Notes under the pieces: model-generated
Database searches by the model: none
Seen by the model: the letters and a program-made list of their open reading frames with translations, nothing else
Told to the model about the DNA's origin: nothing
Assembly: GCA_028713635.1 (NCBI GenBank)
Contig: JAQTNX010000001.1
Location: 2,281 to 66,280, forward strand
Direction of reading: 5' to 3'
DNA from: Candidatus Bipolaricaulis sp.
Lineage (GTDB): Bacteria > Bipolaricaulota > Bipolaricaulia > UBA7950 > UBA9294
DNA length: 64,000 bases
Part shown: positions 9,426-19,277 of the stretch, in pieces
Layout of the letters: each line of letters opens with the position of its first letter
How positions within the stretch are numbered: the first letter of the stretch is position 1
Position numbers and translations under genes: made by a program

Positions 9426-10420
9426 GGCGAAGGGCGCTGGTCGCCGTTCGGCGCGGGAACGAGCGCGGGATCGAGCTGGGAGTCCGCAGACAGGAAGGCG
9501 GGGGCGGGGGCACCGGCGAGCACGGCGGCCACGACGTCGGCGAGCAGCGCGTTCACGTGCATGTCGACGTGATCCATGCCCAGGCAGGCGGTGGTCTCCG
9601 CGCCGGCAAGGTGCGCTGACTCCATCGAGACCACGAGGTCCGATCCCGACCACGCGACGGCGTCCCTCACGCATCGCTCCTGGCAGGCCTGCGTGTCTCG
9701 AAGCAGCCCACAGCCAAAGCAGCTCTGGCCGGCCATCGCCACGTAGCGGACTGCCGGATCGATGGCGAGGCCGTCGGGGCCCGGCGCGTTGAGCGTCTGC
9801 AGGAGACGGCTGTTGGGGGCGAGCTCCGCAACCAGGGGGCCGAGCCACGTTCCCAGCGCAGCAAAGCCCGCTCCATGGTGAGGCGTCGCCAAGGTGATCA
9901 GCGTCCGCACATCGTGGCCGTACGTGGTCCCGTACTCCTTGAACCCCGGCTGCCCGAGCAGCGGCCCGAAGTCGCCGCACTCGACGTAGCAGCGAGCGAC
10001 GAGGCCGCCCATGCTATGGCCGACGAGGTCCACGGCCTCGGCGCCGGTGGCCGTCCGGATCCAGGTGACCTCCTCGGCCAGCCGAGCCGCGTAGTAGCGC
10101 AGATCGCGGACGGTGGGCTCGAGGGCTCCCGCGTAGTGGCTCATGTAGACGTCGAAGTGCTCGTCGTCTGCAGCGCCGAGCGCGTAGATCAGGTGGTTCT
10201 CGCCGACTGCCTGTTTCGCGGCCTCCGCGATCGAACGGCCGGACAGCCGCTCGGCGAACGCCTCCCACAAGCGGGTCGGTAGAAAGCCAGGCGCGGGCTG
10301 GAACCCATACACGAGGATCACCGGGAGCCGGGGGACCGTAGCGCCTGCGGTGCCGGCGAGCAGGATGAGCAGGGCCGCCAGGGCCCCGGCGGCGCGTCGA
10401 GCGACTCGGGCTTTCGTCAC
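9422..10420 (-). CDS. Secreted alpha/beta-hydrolase lipase/esterase
   Basis: GHSMGG nucleophile elbow; signal peptide TKARVARRAAGALAALLILLAG. GTG start at 10420 overlaps the upstream stop (GTGA). Confidence 0.7.
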   Translation of the reverse strand: MTKARVARRAAGALAALLILLAGTAGATVPRLPVILVYGFQPAPGFLPTRLWEAFAERLSGRSIAEAAKQAVGENHLIYALGAADDEHFDVYMSHYAGALEPTVRDLRYYAARLAEEVTWIRTATGAEAVDLVGHSMGGLVARCYVECGDFGPLLGQPGFKEYGTTYGHDVRTLITLATPHHGAGFAALGTWLGPLVAELAPNSRLLQTLNAPGPDGLAIDPAVRYVAMAGQSCFGCGLLRDTQACQERCVRDAVAWSGSDLVVSMESAHLAGAETTACLGMDHVDMHVNALLADVVAAVLAGAPAPAFLSADSQLDPALVPAPNGDQRPSP

Positions 10421-11022
10421 GCGCCCGCTTCCTTCGTCCCGCGCGGATTCGCTCGGAATCGCTCCTCGCGCCACGGATCCCCACGGTCGTGGTAGCCCCG
10501 CTGTTCCCAGAATCCGGGCCGCCGCTCGGACAGGAACTCCAACTCCTCGACATACTTGGCGCTCTTCCAGGCGTACAGGCACGGGACGACGAGCCGCAGA
10601 GGGGCCCCGTGTTCGGGGGCGAGGATGCTCCCGTTCATGCGGTCGGCGAGCAGCGCGTCACGGCGCGCGAAGGCGTCGATCGGAACATCGGTGGAGTATC
10701 CGTCTCGGCATCGCACGAGCACCCAACGGACGTCGGGCGCGACGGAGACCCGGTCGATCAGGATGCGGGTCGGAATCCCCTCCCAGACGATCCCACGTAC
10801 GCTCCACGTGGTGACGCAGTGGAAGTCCCGCCGCACGTGAGTGCGTGGGAGAGCCTGGACCTCGGACCAGTCGAGCTCGATCGGCTTCGTCACCTCGCCC
10901 GAGAGGCGAAGACGATAGTCCTCGAGGCGGGCCGGCGGGACCGGACCGATGTCATACACCATCGGCTCCTCGACCCACGACTGTCCTGGCGGCAACCGTT
11001 TGATCCTCATCGTGTTCAGCAT
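10417..11022 (-). CDS. Sulfite-oxidase-family molybdopterin oxidoreductase domain protein (YedY/MsrP-like catalytic domain)
   Basis: Mo-cofactor domain motifs (HCVTTWS, LLADRMNGSIL, GAPLRLVVP). Start at 11022 chosen for the aggagcggcggt RBS. Confidence 0.65.
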   Translation of the reverse strand: MLNTMRIKRLPPGQSWVEEPMVYDIGPVPPARLEDYRLRLSGEVTKPIELDWSEVQALPRTHVRRDFHCVTTWSVRGIVWEGIPTRILIDRVSVAPDVRWVLVRCRDGYSTDVPIDAFARRDALLADRMNGSILAPEHGAPLRLVVPCLYAWKSAKYVEELEFLSERRPGFWEQRGYHDRGDPWREERFRANPRGTKEAGA

Positions 11023-11107
11023 ACCGCCGCTCCTGTCCGCATCCAACGCCCAGCGAACGCAGCTTGCGGGCTGAGACGCGGTCGACGATGCTTTCGACGG
11101 GCTGGAC

Positions 11108-12418
11108 TTGACCCCGGCCGATCCGATGACTACGACTCGTTCTTCTTCGACGCCCGCGAAACTCGTCCTTCGATGCTCGCGTTGCGGGGATCGCGTAGCG
11201 CCGCCGGCGCTTGCCTGTCCTCGTTGCCCCGACGCGCTCCTGCGGAGCGACTACAGAGAGTCCAGGTTTCGGCCCCTCGATCGGCAGGACATCTTCCGCT
11301 TCTCGGAGTGGCTGCCGCCGGAGGTGGTGATCGACACCCCCGTCGGGCCCGTCGTCTATGACGGCGAGCGGCTGGCTCGACACCTCGGATTGAGGCATCT
11401 CGCCGTTGCGTTCAGCGGATATGCTCCGGAGCTCGGTGCACACAACCCGACGGGGACGTTCAAGGACTTCGAGGCGCTGCCGACACTCCTCCATCTCCGA
11501 GAGGCCGGCGTCGATGCCATCGTTCTCGCCTCGGCCGGAAGCACCGGGCGAGCGTTCGCGTACGCAGCAACGCTTCTCGCGTTTCGGACCTACATCGTCG
11601 TCCCGGAGACAGCACTCGAAGCGGTTTGGCTTCCCATCCCGCCGAGCGACGCCGTGCGCCTGGTTGTCCTCGACGGGAGCGGTGACTACTCCAGCGCGAT
11701 CGAGGCCGCCGGGGCGATTTCGTCGGCCTTCTCGATCGTCTCCGAGGGAGGGGCACGCAACGTTGCGCGCCGAGACGGGATGGGGACGGCGCTCCTCGAG
11801 TACGCGCGGACGTTCGGTGCGCTGCCGGCGCACTACGTCCAAGCCGTCGGCAGCGGCACGGGCGGCATTGCCGCCTGGGAAGCCTCCGCGCGTTTGATCG
11901 CGTCGGGTTCGTTCCAGGGGCCGCTTCCGCATCTCCACCTGGTTCAGAACGCTCCGTTCGCTCCGATCCACGACGCGTGGAGCGCGGGAGCGGAGACCCT
12001 CCTGCCGGCCGACTCGAGCGACGAGGCGCGTCGGATCGCCGAGATTCGCGCTCCGGTGCTCGCGAACCGCAGGCCGCCGTACGCGCTGGCCGGGGGAGTC
12101 CGGGAGGCCCTGCGAGCGACGGGAGGGCGAACCTACGCTGCGACAAACGAGGAGATCGTCGCTGCGCAGCGGCTGTTCGAGGACCTGGAAGGGGTGTCGA
12201 TCGGCCCCGAGGCCGGTGCGGCGCTCTGCGGGCTTGAGCAGGGTCTCGGCCGCGGGTGGATCCACCGCGACGATCCCATCCTGCTCCACGTGACCGGAAA
12301 CGGCGACGCCCTCCTTCGGCGCGACTTCTCTCTCTGCCGGGTGGACCCCTGGCTTCGAATCACGTCGGCCGAGGACGTCCGAGGGGATCGGCGACTGGAG
12401 CGGCGGTTTGCCGCGTAG
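11108..12418 (+). CDS. Threonine-synthase-family PLP enzyme with N-terminal Cys4 zinc ribbon
   Basis: PLP-lysine motif NPTGTFKDF and glycine-rich SGTGG loop. N-terminal CSRCGD...CPRCPD ribbon. TTG at 11108 or ATG at 11126. Confidence 0.65.
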   Translation: MTPADPMTTTRSSSTPAKLVLRCSRCGDRVAPPALACPRCPDALLRSDYRESRFRPLDRQDIFRFSEWLPPEVVIDTPVGPVVYDGERLARHLGLRHLAVAFSGYAPELGAHNPTGTFKDFEALPTLLHLREAGVDAIVLASAGSTGRAFAYAATLLAFRTYIVVPETALEAVWLPIPPSDAVRLVVLDGSGDYSSAIEAAGAISSAFSIVSEGGARNVARRDGMGTALLEYARTFGALPAHYVQAVGSGTGGIAAWEASARLIASGSFQGPLPHLHLVQNAPFAPIHDAWSAGAETLLPADSSDEARRIAEIRAPVLANRRPPYALAGGVREALRATGGRTYAATNEEIVAAQRLFEDLEGVSIGPEAGAALCGLEQGLGRGWIHRDDPILLHVTGNGDALLRRDFSLCRVDPWLRITSAEDVRGDRRLERRFAA

Positions 12419-12581
12419 TTGCGGCCGATAGGCTCCCCACCCGTCGGCCGCCGAATGCACACATCTTCCCCACAGCGGGCGGGTACGGTTGCGGCATCGC
12501 CGCGGGACATGTGCGCGGAAGCGATGCCCTCAGGGCGGTAGCGTGAGGGCCCAGGAAGGAGTCGGACTCACTCCCATCACC

Positions 12582-12959
12582 ATGCAAGAGCGAACGCTGT
12601 CGGAAGGGGATATCGTTGCGGTGCTCGCCGCGCCTCGGCGCGGCGAGCTGATTCTCGAGCGGGGTCTGCGGTTGCTGGCGAGGCCATGGCGCCTGGCCAG
12701 GGAGCACGACCTCAACCCGTGGGTGTTCGTTGCCATGTCGGCGATCGGCTATTCGATCAACGCCTGCGTCTTCCTGCCTTGGTTCCGAACGGACGCCTGG
12801 CAGCTCGCGTTTCTCATCCTGCTCCGGGTCGCGGCCCTCGTCGTCCCGACGTACATCCTCCTCAAGGGGAAGGGAATCGCCGCGGCGTTCAACGTGTCGA
12901 TCGTTGCGGTATTCGCCGTCAACACGGCCTGGCACGTCTGCTACTACGTCTACTTCTAG
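12582..12959 (+). CDS. Small membrane protein, unknown function
   Basis: Three predicted TM segments; start position uncertain. Confidence 0.4.
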   Translation: MQERTLSEGDIVAVLAAPRRGELILERGLRLLARPWRLAREHDLNPWVFVAMSAIGYSINACVFLPWFRTDAWQLAFLILLRVAALVVPTYILLKGKGIAAAFNVSIVAVFAVNTAWHVCYYVYF

Positions 12960-12968
12960 GAGGTCGCG

Positions 12969-13490
12969 GTGGGGCGCACAATCGAGTGGAGTGAGCGGAC
13001 GCAACTGCTGCGCGACGCGCTCTCGGCAGGCGGGGCGTTTCTCGTCTCTGTGGACGCGTCGGGCCGACCGAACCCGATGACGATCGGATGGGCTCAGGTC
13101 GGGATTGTGTGGGGCCGCCCCATCCTCACCGTGTACGTTCGGAAGAGTCGGTACACGCACGCCTGCATCCGGGCATCCAAGAGCTTTACGGTGAGCGTTC
13201 CTCGGCCGGGCGAGCTCTCCAAGGAGCTTGCCCTCTGTGGATCGAAGTCCGGCCGAGAACTCGACAAGATGAAGGCCGCAGGGCTTGTGGCTCTGCCGGG
13301 GAGACGCGTCGATACACCCGTGGTCGACGGCTGTGTCCTCTACTACGAGTGTCGCATTGTTGCGCGCACTCAGCAGGAGCTTGTCGACTTCGAGGCCGGC
13401 GATGTTGTCGAGCGGTTCTACCCAACGGGGAATCCGCACCTCGTCGTCTGCGGCGAGATCCTTTCGGCGTACGCCGTCGACAGACCCTAG
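12969..13490 (+). CDS. Flavin reductase-like FMN-binding domain protein
   Basis: Flavin_Reduct fold signature (LVSVDASGRPNPMTIGWAQVG). GTG start. Confidence 0.7.
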   Translation: MGRTIEWSERTQLLRDALSAGGAFLVSVDASGRPNPMTIGWAQVGIVWGRPILTVYVRKSRYTHACIRASKSFTVSVPRPGELSKELALCGSKSGRELDKMKAAGLVALPGRRVDTPVVDGCVLYYECRIVARTQQELVDFEAGDVVERFYPTGNPHLVVCGEILSAYAVDRP

Positions 13491-13524
13491 AATCGCCCTT
13501 GAGTCGGAGTCCGGCGGGGCCGCC

Positions 13525-15114
13525 CTAGCGGCCCTCGGGCACTCGGATCCTCCCCTCGACGCGGGGTGCCACCGGGGACTTGGCGGCCAGGTACTCGGCC
13601 AGGGCGTCAGACAAGAGCCATCCCGTGTCGTAGCGATCGGTTCCGCCGGTGAACGCTGCGTAGCCGTCCCCGCCATCGGCGAGGTACGTGTTGGTCGCAA
13701 CGCGGTACGTCTTCTCGGCGTTCATTGCCTTGTAGGCCTGCGCGTCTCGGTCCCATATCTCAAGCGCCTTCACGCGCGAACCGGCAACCGCACTGGGGTC
13801 GAACGTGAAGCGGGCTCCCGCGATCTGAGGGAACCGCCCGCCTCCGTCGGCGACCTGGCTGACCCCGTTCTCAAGCGCGGCACGGAGACCTCCGCCGGTC
13901 ACTGTGAGAACGGTGATCTCGTTCCCGAACGGGAGAACCTGGAGAACGTCGCCCATCGTGACCTCGCCGGCGGGGACGGATGCGCGGATTCCTCCCCCGT
14001 TCTGGATTGCGACCTGAGTGCCTAGGGACGCCGTTTTCCACAGCATGGCGTCGCACACCAGGTTGCCCAGGTTCGTCTCGCGACTGCGGACGGCGGCGCG
14101 CTCTCCGTCAAGATCCGCCGCCGTCGTACCCACGGCGGCTTCCATGAGGAGGGCGATGTCGTCCTCGTAGGGTTCGAGGACGGCAGCCACCTTCGGGTCC
14201 TCGGGAACCGAATCCCCGACAGGGAGCGTCTGGCCCTCGGCTGCGAGAACGACGCCGTCGGCGTCGAAGGTCACGTCGACGCGGCCCAGGACGCGTCCCC
14301 ACTCCTCGGCCGTCACCACGACGACAGGCTCACCCGCCGGGGACTCGACGATCGTCGGGTACGGACCGGCTGCGCCGTCCGACCCGCCGAGCGTTGTGTG
14401 GCTGTGGCCGCCGACGATGACGTCGATCCCAGGCACCGACTTCGCGAGATTGAGATCGCGAGCGTAGCCGAGATGCGTGAGGGCGATGATCTTGTTGATT
14501 CCTTGGCGCTCGATGTGCTCGACGACGGACGCCGCGGCGCGCTCGGCGGGCGAGAAGGTTACGTTCGGCCCCGGACTGGACGCGGTGGACGTGGTCTCGG
14601 TTGTGAGGCCGAACACGGCGACCGTTTCTCCATCGATCAGGAAGACGTCGAAGGGGGGAACCTTTCCGGCGAGCGCGGGCTCCCGGAGGGCCTCGACGTT
14701 GGCCGAGAGGATCGGGAACTTCGCCAGGTCGACGAGTCGAGCGAGCTCTTGTGGCCCCGAGTCGAATTCGTGGTTCCCGACCACCATGTCGTCGTAGCCC
14801 ATGGCGTTCATCACGCCGGCCACGACCTCCGCGCCTCCGACGTGGAAGTAGAGGGATCCCTGGAATTGGTCGCCGGCGTCGAGCAGCACGACGTGCTTGG
14901 TCTCGCTCCTCACCGCAGTGACCAGGGATGCGATCCGAGCGGCGCCTCCTGCCGTCTCCGCGGCCCCCGCCGGGAAGGGAGCGTAGTGAGCATGCATGTC
15001 GTTCGTGTGCAGGATCGTTAGGTCGAGTGGCTTCTCGGCCGGACGTCCCCACGGGAGACCCACTCCGAGGCACAACAGGATCGTGATCCCTATCAGGACA
15101 AGTTTCCAGTTCAT
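13525..15114 (-). CDS. Secreted bifunctional metallophosphatase/5'-nucleotidase (UshA-like)
   Basis: Motifs ILHTNDMHAHY, GNHEFD, GGHSHT. Signal/TM MNWKLVLIGITILL. ATG 15114 with ggggaagggga RBS. Confidence 0.85.
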   Translation of the reverse strand: MNWKLVLIGITILLCLGVGLPWGRPAEKPLDLTILHTNDMHAHYAPFPAGAAETAGGAARIASLVTAVRSETKHVVLLDAGDQFQGSLYFHVGGAEVVAGVMNAMGYDDMVVGNHEFDSGPQELARLVDLAKFPILSANVEALREPALAGKVPPFDVFLIDGETVAVFGLTTETTSTASSPGPNVTFSPAERAAASVVEHIERQGINKIIALTHLGYARDLNLAKSVPGIDVIVGGHSHTTLGGSDGAAGPYPTIVESPAGEPVVVVTAEEWGRVLGRVDVTFDADGVVLAAEGQTLPVGDSVPEDPKVAAVLEPYEDDIALLMEAAVGTTAADLDGERAAVRSRETNLGNLVCDAMLWKTASLGTQVAIQNGGGIRASVPAGEVTMGDVLQVLPFGNEITVLTVTGGGLRAALENGVSQVADGGGRFPQIAGARFTFDPSAVAGSRVKALEIWDRDAQAYKAMNAEKTYRVATNTYLADGGDGYAAFTGGTDRYDTGWLLSDALAEYLAAKSPVAPRVEGRIRVPEGR

Positions 15115-15500
15115 GACGTCCCCTTCCCCGCGCCTCCGCGGCTGTCCCGTATCTTGTGGCGTCGGGCCGGATGGTTCAAACGGCCTTGCGCGAGCATACC
15201 CCTTCGCGGGCGGCGAACCTCGCTTCCAGGGCCGCACCTACACTCGAAAGAGAGGAGCGCTCTGCCTGGTCCGAGGGACATGGGTCGTCGAACAAGGGCT
15301 GCGGGGAACCGGGAGCGGCGCAATGGGTGCCCCTGGCGAGCGCGGCAAGCGGTGATGGCTTCGCCCTCGGGCTGTAGGTGGGTGACACCCTCGTCTCGTC
15401 GGCGGAGTCCCCGCCTGGCGCGCAGACAGCGGCAACCACGGTACGTCGGATGGGCACTAGCCCGGGCCGGTCTGTCCGCGCTCCATCAGACCTTCTGTTT

Positions 15501-15860
15501 CTAGGTCGACGTCTCAAGCTTCGTGTGAAGGGAGTCCAGCGTCGCTCGGTGCTTGCTGCCTGGTTTGGCGAACCCCTCGATCTTCGGACAGGCGTACTCC
15601 GCACAGTGAGCGCAGTTCTCGACGAGGTTCTCGACGCCGCACGCCCGGATCGCGCACTGAGCGCAATAGCCGATCTGCCGCCCGGTTGTGGCCAGACAGC
15701 CGTCGCACATGGCGCCGTCGACCGTCATGGGGATTCCGAACTCCTCCGACGCCCGCTTCGCCATCTGCTCGAGGGCCGCGCGATCTCCCGCTTGTGTCGC
15801 GGTGAACGCGTCGCACTCCGTGCAGACGATGCCGCAGTACGCCACCATTCGCTGGTCCAT
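15501..15860 (-). CDS. DUF3795 Cys-rich protein
   Basis: CGIVCTECD...CDGC...CAQCAIRAC...CAHC pattern characteristic of DUF3795. Confidence 0.55.
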   Translation of the reverse strand: MDQRMVAYCGIVCTECDAFTATQAGDRAALEQMAKRASEEFGIPMTVDGAMCDGCLATTGRQIGYCAQCAIRACGVENLVENCAHCAEYACPKIEGFAKPGSKHRATLDSLHTKLETST

Positions 15861-16112
15861 CCGACCGCCTCCCTCATGGAGACCCCGCCCTATTCCGGGA
15901 GCATCTTCGTAGCCGGTCGGTCGTCGGAAGTCAACTCCGACACGCGGGGCTGCACCAAGCCGGAGGATGAGCTGAGGTCGGCGCGGTCGAGCTCTCCATG
16001 GTTCCGACACGCCCCTGTCACGCGCCCTCCACCTGCAGCGGGTTGACTCGTCGCACGGAACGAGGAGGAACGATCGATCCCTCATGCGTACTATGCCTAC
16101 GGCCCGTGGCCG

Positions 16113-16325
16113 ATGCTGGTCATCGGGGTTCTCTTCTGGGGAAGCGTCGTTGCGCTGGTCGTGTACGCGATCCATCGGCTTACGAGTCGCGGTGGAACCG
16201 ACTCGACGACTCCCCCCAGACGCACGCCTATGGACTACCTGAAGGAACGCTATGCCAAGGGGGAGATCACGAGAGAGCAGTTCGACCAGATGAGGCGCGA
16301 TCTTCTCGACGGGGCCAACGAGTAG
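16113..16325 (+). CDS. SHOCT-domain small membrane protein
   Basis: N-terminal TM plus C-terminal KGEITREQFDQMRRDLL SHOCT motif. Confidence 0.6.
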   Translation: MLVIGVLFWGSVVALVVYAIHRLTSRGGTDSTTPPRRTPMDYLKERYAKGEITREQFDQMRRDLLDGANE

Positions 16326-16334
16326 CTTGGCGGT

Positions 16335-17435
16335 TCAGCGGATCCAAGTCAGTCGCGAGGCCTTCAGGCGCAGGGCGATGGAGGCGAGCCGAGCGTCGTC
16401 GCTCGACATCAGCTCAGCGTAGATGAGGGCCGGGTGCGCGATCTTGATCTCGAGGCCCGTGGACGGACGTCCGAGGTCGCCGGCGAACGCCTCACATAGG
16501 ACGACGCTTCCTTCTTGGGGTGACGGCGCAAGCTGGAATGCGCGCTGCACACGGCCGCGCTCATCCTCCGGCACATAGAGCCGTATCGATCCCGCGCGCA
16601 GGTGACCGACCAGCAGTTCGGCTGCGTACTCGCCGCCGAGCGTGATGTGCTCGATGTCCATTTCGTCGCGTGCTGCCTCGATCATCGCGGCGAATCCTCC
16701 CCGCATGGTGGGGCGATATCGGCCCAGGACGATCTTCGGCTCGAGTTTTGCGGCGAACGCCGACAGCCACATCTCCAAGAGGCGCGCGCCCTCGACAATC
16801 TCGTAGGTTCCTCGTCCTGATCGCCGGAGCGAGCCGTCCTTGACCCAGGACGAGACGAGCTTCGAGATCAGCCCGAGGGAGACGCCGGTGGCTTCCTCGA
16901 TGTCTCGGTAGGTGGCTTCGACGAGGGGGCCGCAGGCGAGAAGCTCATACAGGACCTTGGCTCCCTGCTCCGTCATCCAGTGGGCGGCGCTCGGTTGGGG
17001 TCGGGACGGGCGGCGACCAACGACGTAGACGAGGAAACTCTGCGGCACCTCGACATAGGCGTTTCCTGCCGCGTCAACGAACCAGATCCCGCGCCGACGC
17101 AGCTTCTGCGCGAGCGACTCCGAGACGTGCGACGCGACGAGGAGGACGGCGGCACACCCGGTCTGCTCCCGCCACCAGCTGGCCTGGGCCTCGACCGAGG
17201 GGAGGAGGGCGGGACGAAGAGCGGCCTTGATGCCGACGCACACGTCGATCGGCTCACCCCCCGCTGGGGTCAGGCGATAGACGGCATCCGGACCCTCTGC
17301 CTCTTCTCGTCGGCGAACCTTCGCAAGGGACGCTTGACGACTCAGATGACCTCGCAGTTTGGCGAGGCACTCGTTCAGCAGAGCATCATGTTGACTTGTG
17401 TTCACGCTATCCGTCCGTTCACGTCTCGTGAACAT
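16335..17435 (-). CDS. Hypothetical protein with central winged-helix (MarR/AbiEi-like) DNA-binding segment
   Basis: wHTH-like ATYRDIEEATGVSLGLISKLVSSWVKDGSLRR. Start set at MFTRRERT (17435). The longer N-terminal extension to 17585 looks non-protein-like. Confidence 0.5.
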   Translation of the reverse strand: MFTRRERTDSVNTSQHDALLNECLAKLRGHLSRQASLAKVRRREEAEGPDAVYRLTPAGGEPIDVCVGIKAALRPALLPSVEAQASWWREQTGCAAVLLVASHVSESLAQKLRRRGIWFVDAAGNAYVEVPQSFLVYVVGRRPSRPQPSAAHWMTEQGAKVLYELLACGPLVEATYRDIEEATGVSLGLISKLVSSWVKDGSLRRSGRGTYEIVEGARLLEMWLSAFAAKLEPKIVLGRYRPTMRGGFAAMIEAARDEMDIEHITLGGEYAAELLVGHLRAGSIRLYVPEDERGRVQRAFQLAPSPQEGSVVLCEAFAGDLGRPSTGLEIKIAHPALIYAELMSSDDARLASIALRLKASRLTWIR

Positions 17436-17701
17436 ACGATATCCGTGAACAAACAGATTGTCAATCCCGACAGGAATGGAACAACGGCATGATGTTCTCA
17501 ATCTGCCAGGACGCTGGATCGCTGGTATGCGGTCCACGACGGCGCAACCCTCTTTGTTCGCGGCGTTGCGTGCGATGGCGTTCACTACGGTGCGCTCGCC
17601 GCGGGTGAGGAAAGGCTGGCGCAGACGGGCCGGGCGGACGCCCTTGTCGGTCGCCCCGCATGTCAGAGAAGCCGTCTTGGGTGAGGACCTTCGGGCCTCG
17701 G

Positions 17702-18283
17702 CTATCTCGGGGAGCAGCGGGCGTGGAGAGTAATCGCCGTTCCCGCCAGAGAGCCCCCGAGAACCTTGCCGGTGCCCCCTATGGACAGGAACGTCGCTCC
17801 TTGTGCGAGCGTCCCGCGAAGGACGAGGCGCACGTATTGCGGTCCGAGCACGGTGGCGCCTTGCGCGCGGAGATCAGCGACGAGGATGTGCACGTACAGG
17901 AGGAACTCGCCGGTTGCGGGGCGGATGCCGCCGTGAGCCCATCGGATGTCTGTGGCAGTCAGCGAGATGGCGGCGAGCAGCAAGCGTTTCGCGAGACCGT
18001 CGCCGTCGAGATCGACGAACACAGGGAGCGCCGAGATCGTCGCCTCGAAGTCCGCAAGAAGAAGTGGCGCATAGCCGGCATAGAACGGCTCTCCCACAGC
18101 GAGCGACAGCAAGCAGCGGAAGCTCGTGTTGATCGCTGTGCCGTTCGGATAGGTGGCCTGAAGAAGGCCGAGGTCGCACGACCAACAGGCGGCCGGCTGC
18201 GCTTCGGACGGAAGTTGCATCGCACAGGAGAGCGGCGCGGAGAGGACGAGGAGAAGGAGGACGAGCAGCCCTCTTCTGTCCAT
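17702..18283 (-). CDS. Secreted hypothetical protein
   Basis: Strong RBS aggaggtga before ATG 18283. Signal peptide MDRRGLLVLLLLVLSAPLSCA. Confidence 0.5.
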   Translation of the reverse strand: MDRRGLLVLLLLVLSAPLSCAMQLPSEAQPAACWSCDLGLLQATYPNGTAINTSFRCLLSLAVGEPFYAGYAPLLLADFEATISALPVFVDLDGDGLAKRLLLAAISLTATDIRWAHGGIRPATGEFLLYVHILVADLRAQGATVLGPQYVRLVLRGTLAQGATFLSIGGTGKVLGGSLAGTAITLHARCSPR

Positions 18284-18545
18284 GGGAATCACCTCCTGCA
18301 CGGGTCACCGTAGCCCCGAGGAGGTGGCGTGGGCAAGAGGAGGGGCGGTGCAGCGCGCCGGCGGCTTGATTGACGATGGCGACTCTTTGCGCAAGTACGT
18401 GCGGGACTACCTGGACAAGCTCGCCCTGCCGTGGATCATACCGTGACGAGCGGGAGGCTATGGTTGGGGTGGTACTGGCGAGCTGGTAGGGCGGGTTGTC
18501 TGCGTTGTCACTGCTCCGCTATCCTCCGAGTTCGGGAGGCCGCGA

Positions 18546-18911
18546 ATGACTCCGCAACGTGAGAAGTACTCCTATGAGGGCAAGGCGACTCTGCAGCGTG
18601 TGACCAATGACACCCACCAGCCGACGATCGAAGGGCGAGCCTTCGTGAGCGGCATGATTCACAGAAGCGTCACAGGGGCGGATGGAGCGCGGCCCGTTCC
18701 CGGGATGATCGCTGCGATCTCTCTCCGTGGGGACTTCTCCGCCGCCGATCCCATTGCCGAGGAGTTCATTCCCCGCGCGGCGGCACTATGCATCGACAAC
18801 GGGTATCGGCTCTCTCTCACGGAAGACCGAAGACTTCGTCCTTCGCTGCCGTGCACGGTAGAACGAGCGAAGGGCGAAAGGCGCATCAGGATCATCCACG
18901 CTGGGTACTGA
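18546..18911 (+). CDS. Hypothetical protein (121 aa)
   Basis: RBS gggagg 8 nt upstream. Lies at the edge of the low-GC island. Confidence 0.45.
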   Translation: MTPQREKYSYEGKATLQRVTNDTHQPTIEGRAFVSGMIHRSVTGADGARPVPGMIAAISLRGDFSAADPIAEEFIPRAAALCIDNGYRLSLTEDRRLRPSLPCTVERAKGERRIRIIHAGY

Positions 18912-19277
18912 TCGAACGGCGGACCTACGGGACTACGTGATGGTTTCGCTCTTCTTGGATTGTGCCGCAGCGAGCGCGAGGGTGCGTTGAACCCCATCCT
19001 CGCGCTGCTAGGATCCTCGGCCCATGGGCCAATCGGCAACCGGCTGACGCCAGAGAACCCATGCCCGGACCTCACGTGACCTCGAACGCGACTTCTGCCG
19101 ATCCTGAGTCGCCTCTGAGCGTTGACTGCTCGGCAATGCGCCCGCCTCTTGGCGTTTATCGGGGTGAGTTAGGTGCCGTCGCGCAGGGCTGAACAAGATT
19201 GGAGTGGCAGCGGGGCGTACTACGGGAGCCGTGTTCGTGCTGGTCCGAGGGAGTACTCCGGTATCATCGTCAGGAAG

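Noticed and set aside
16335-17585. Full-length 416-aa version of the wHTH protein
   Set aside because: The first 50 codons (MNAIARNAANKEGCAVVDRIPAIQRPGRLRTSC...) look non-protein-like. The shorter start at 17435 was preferred, but this is unresolved.
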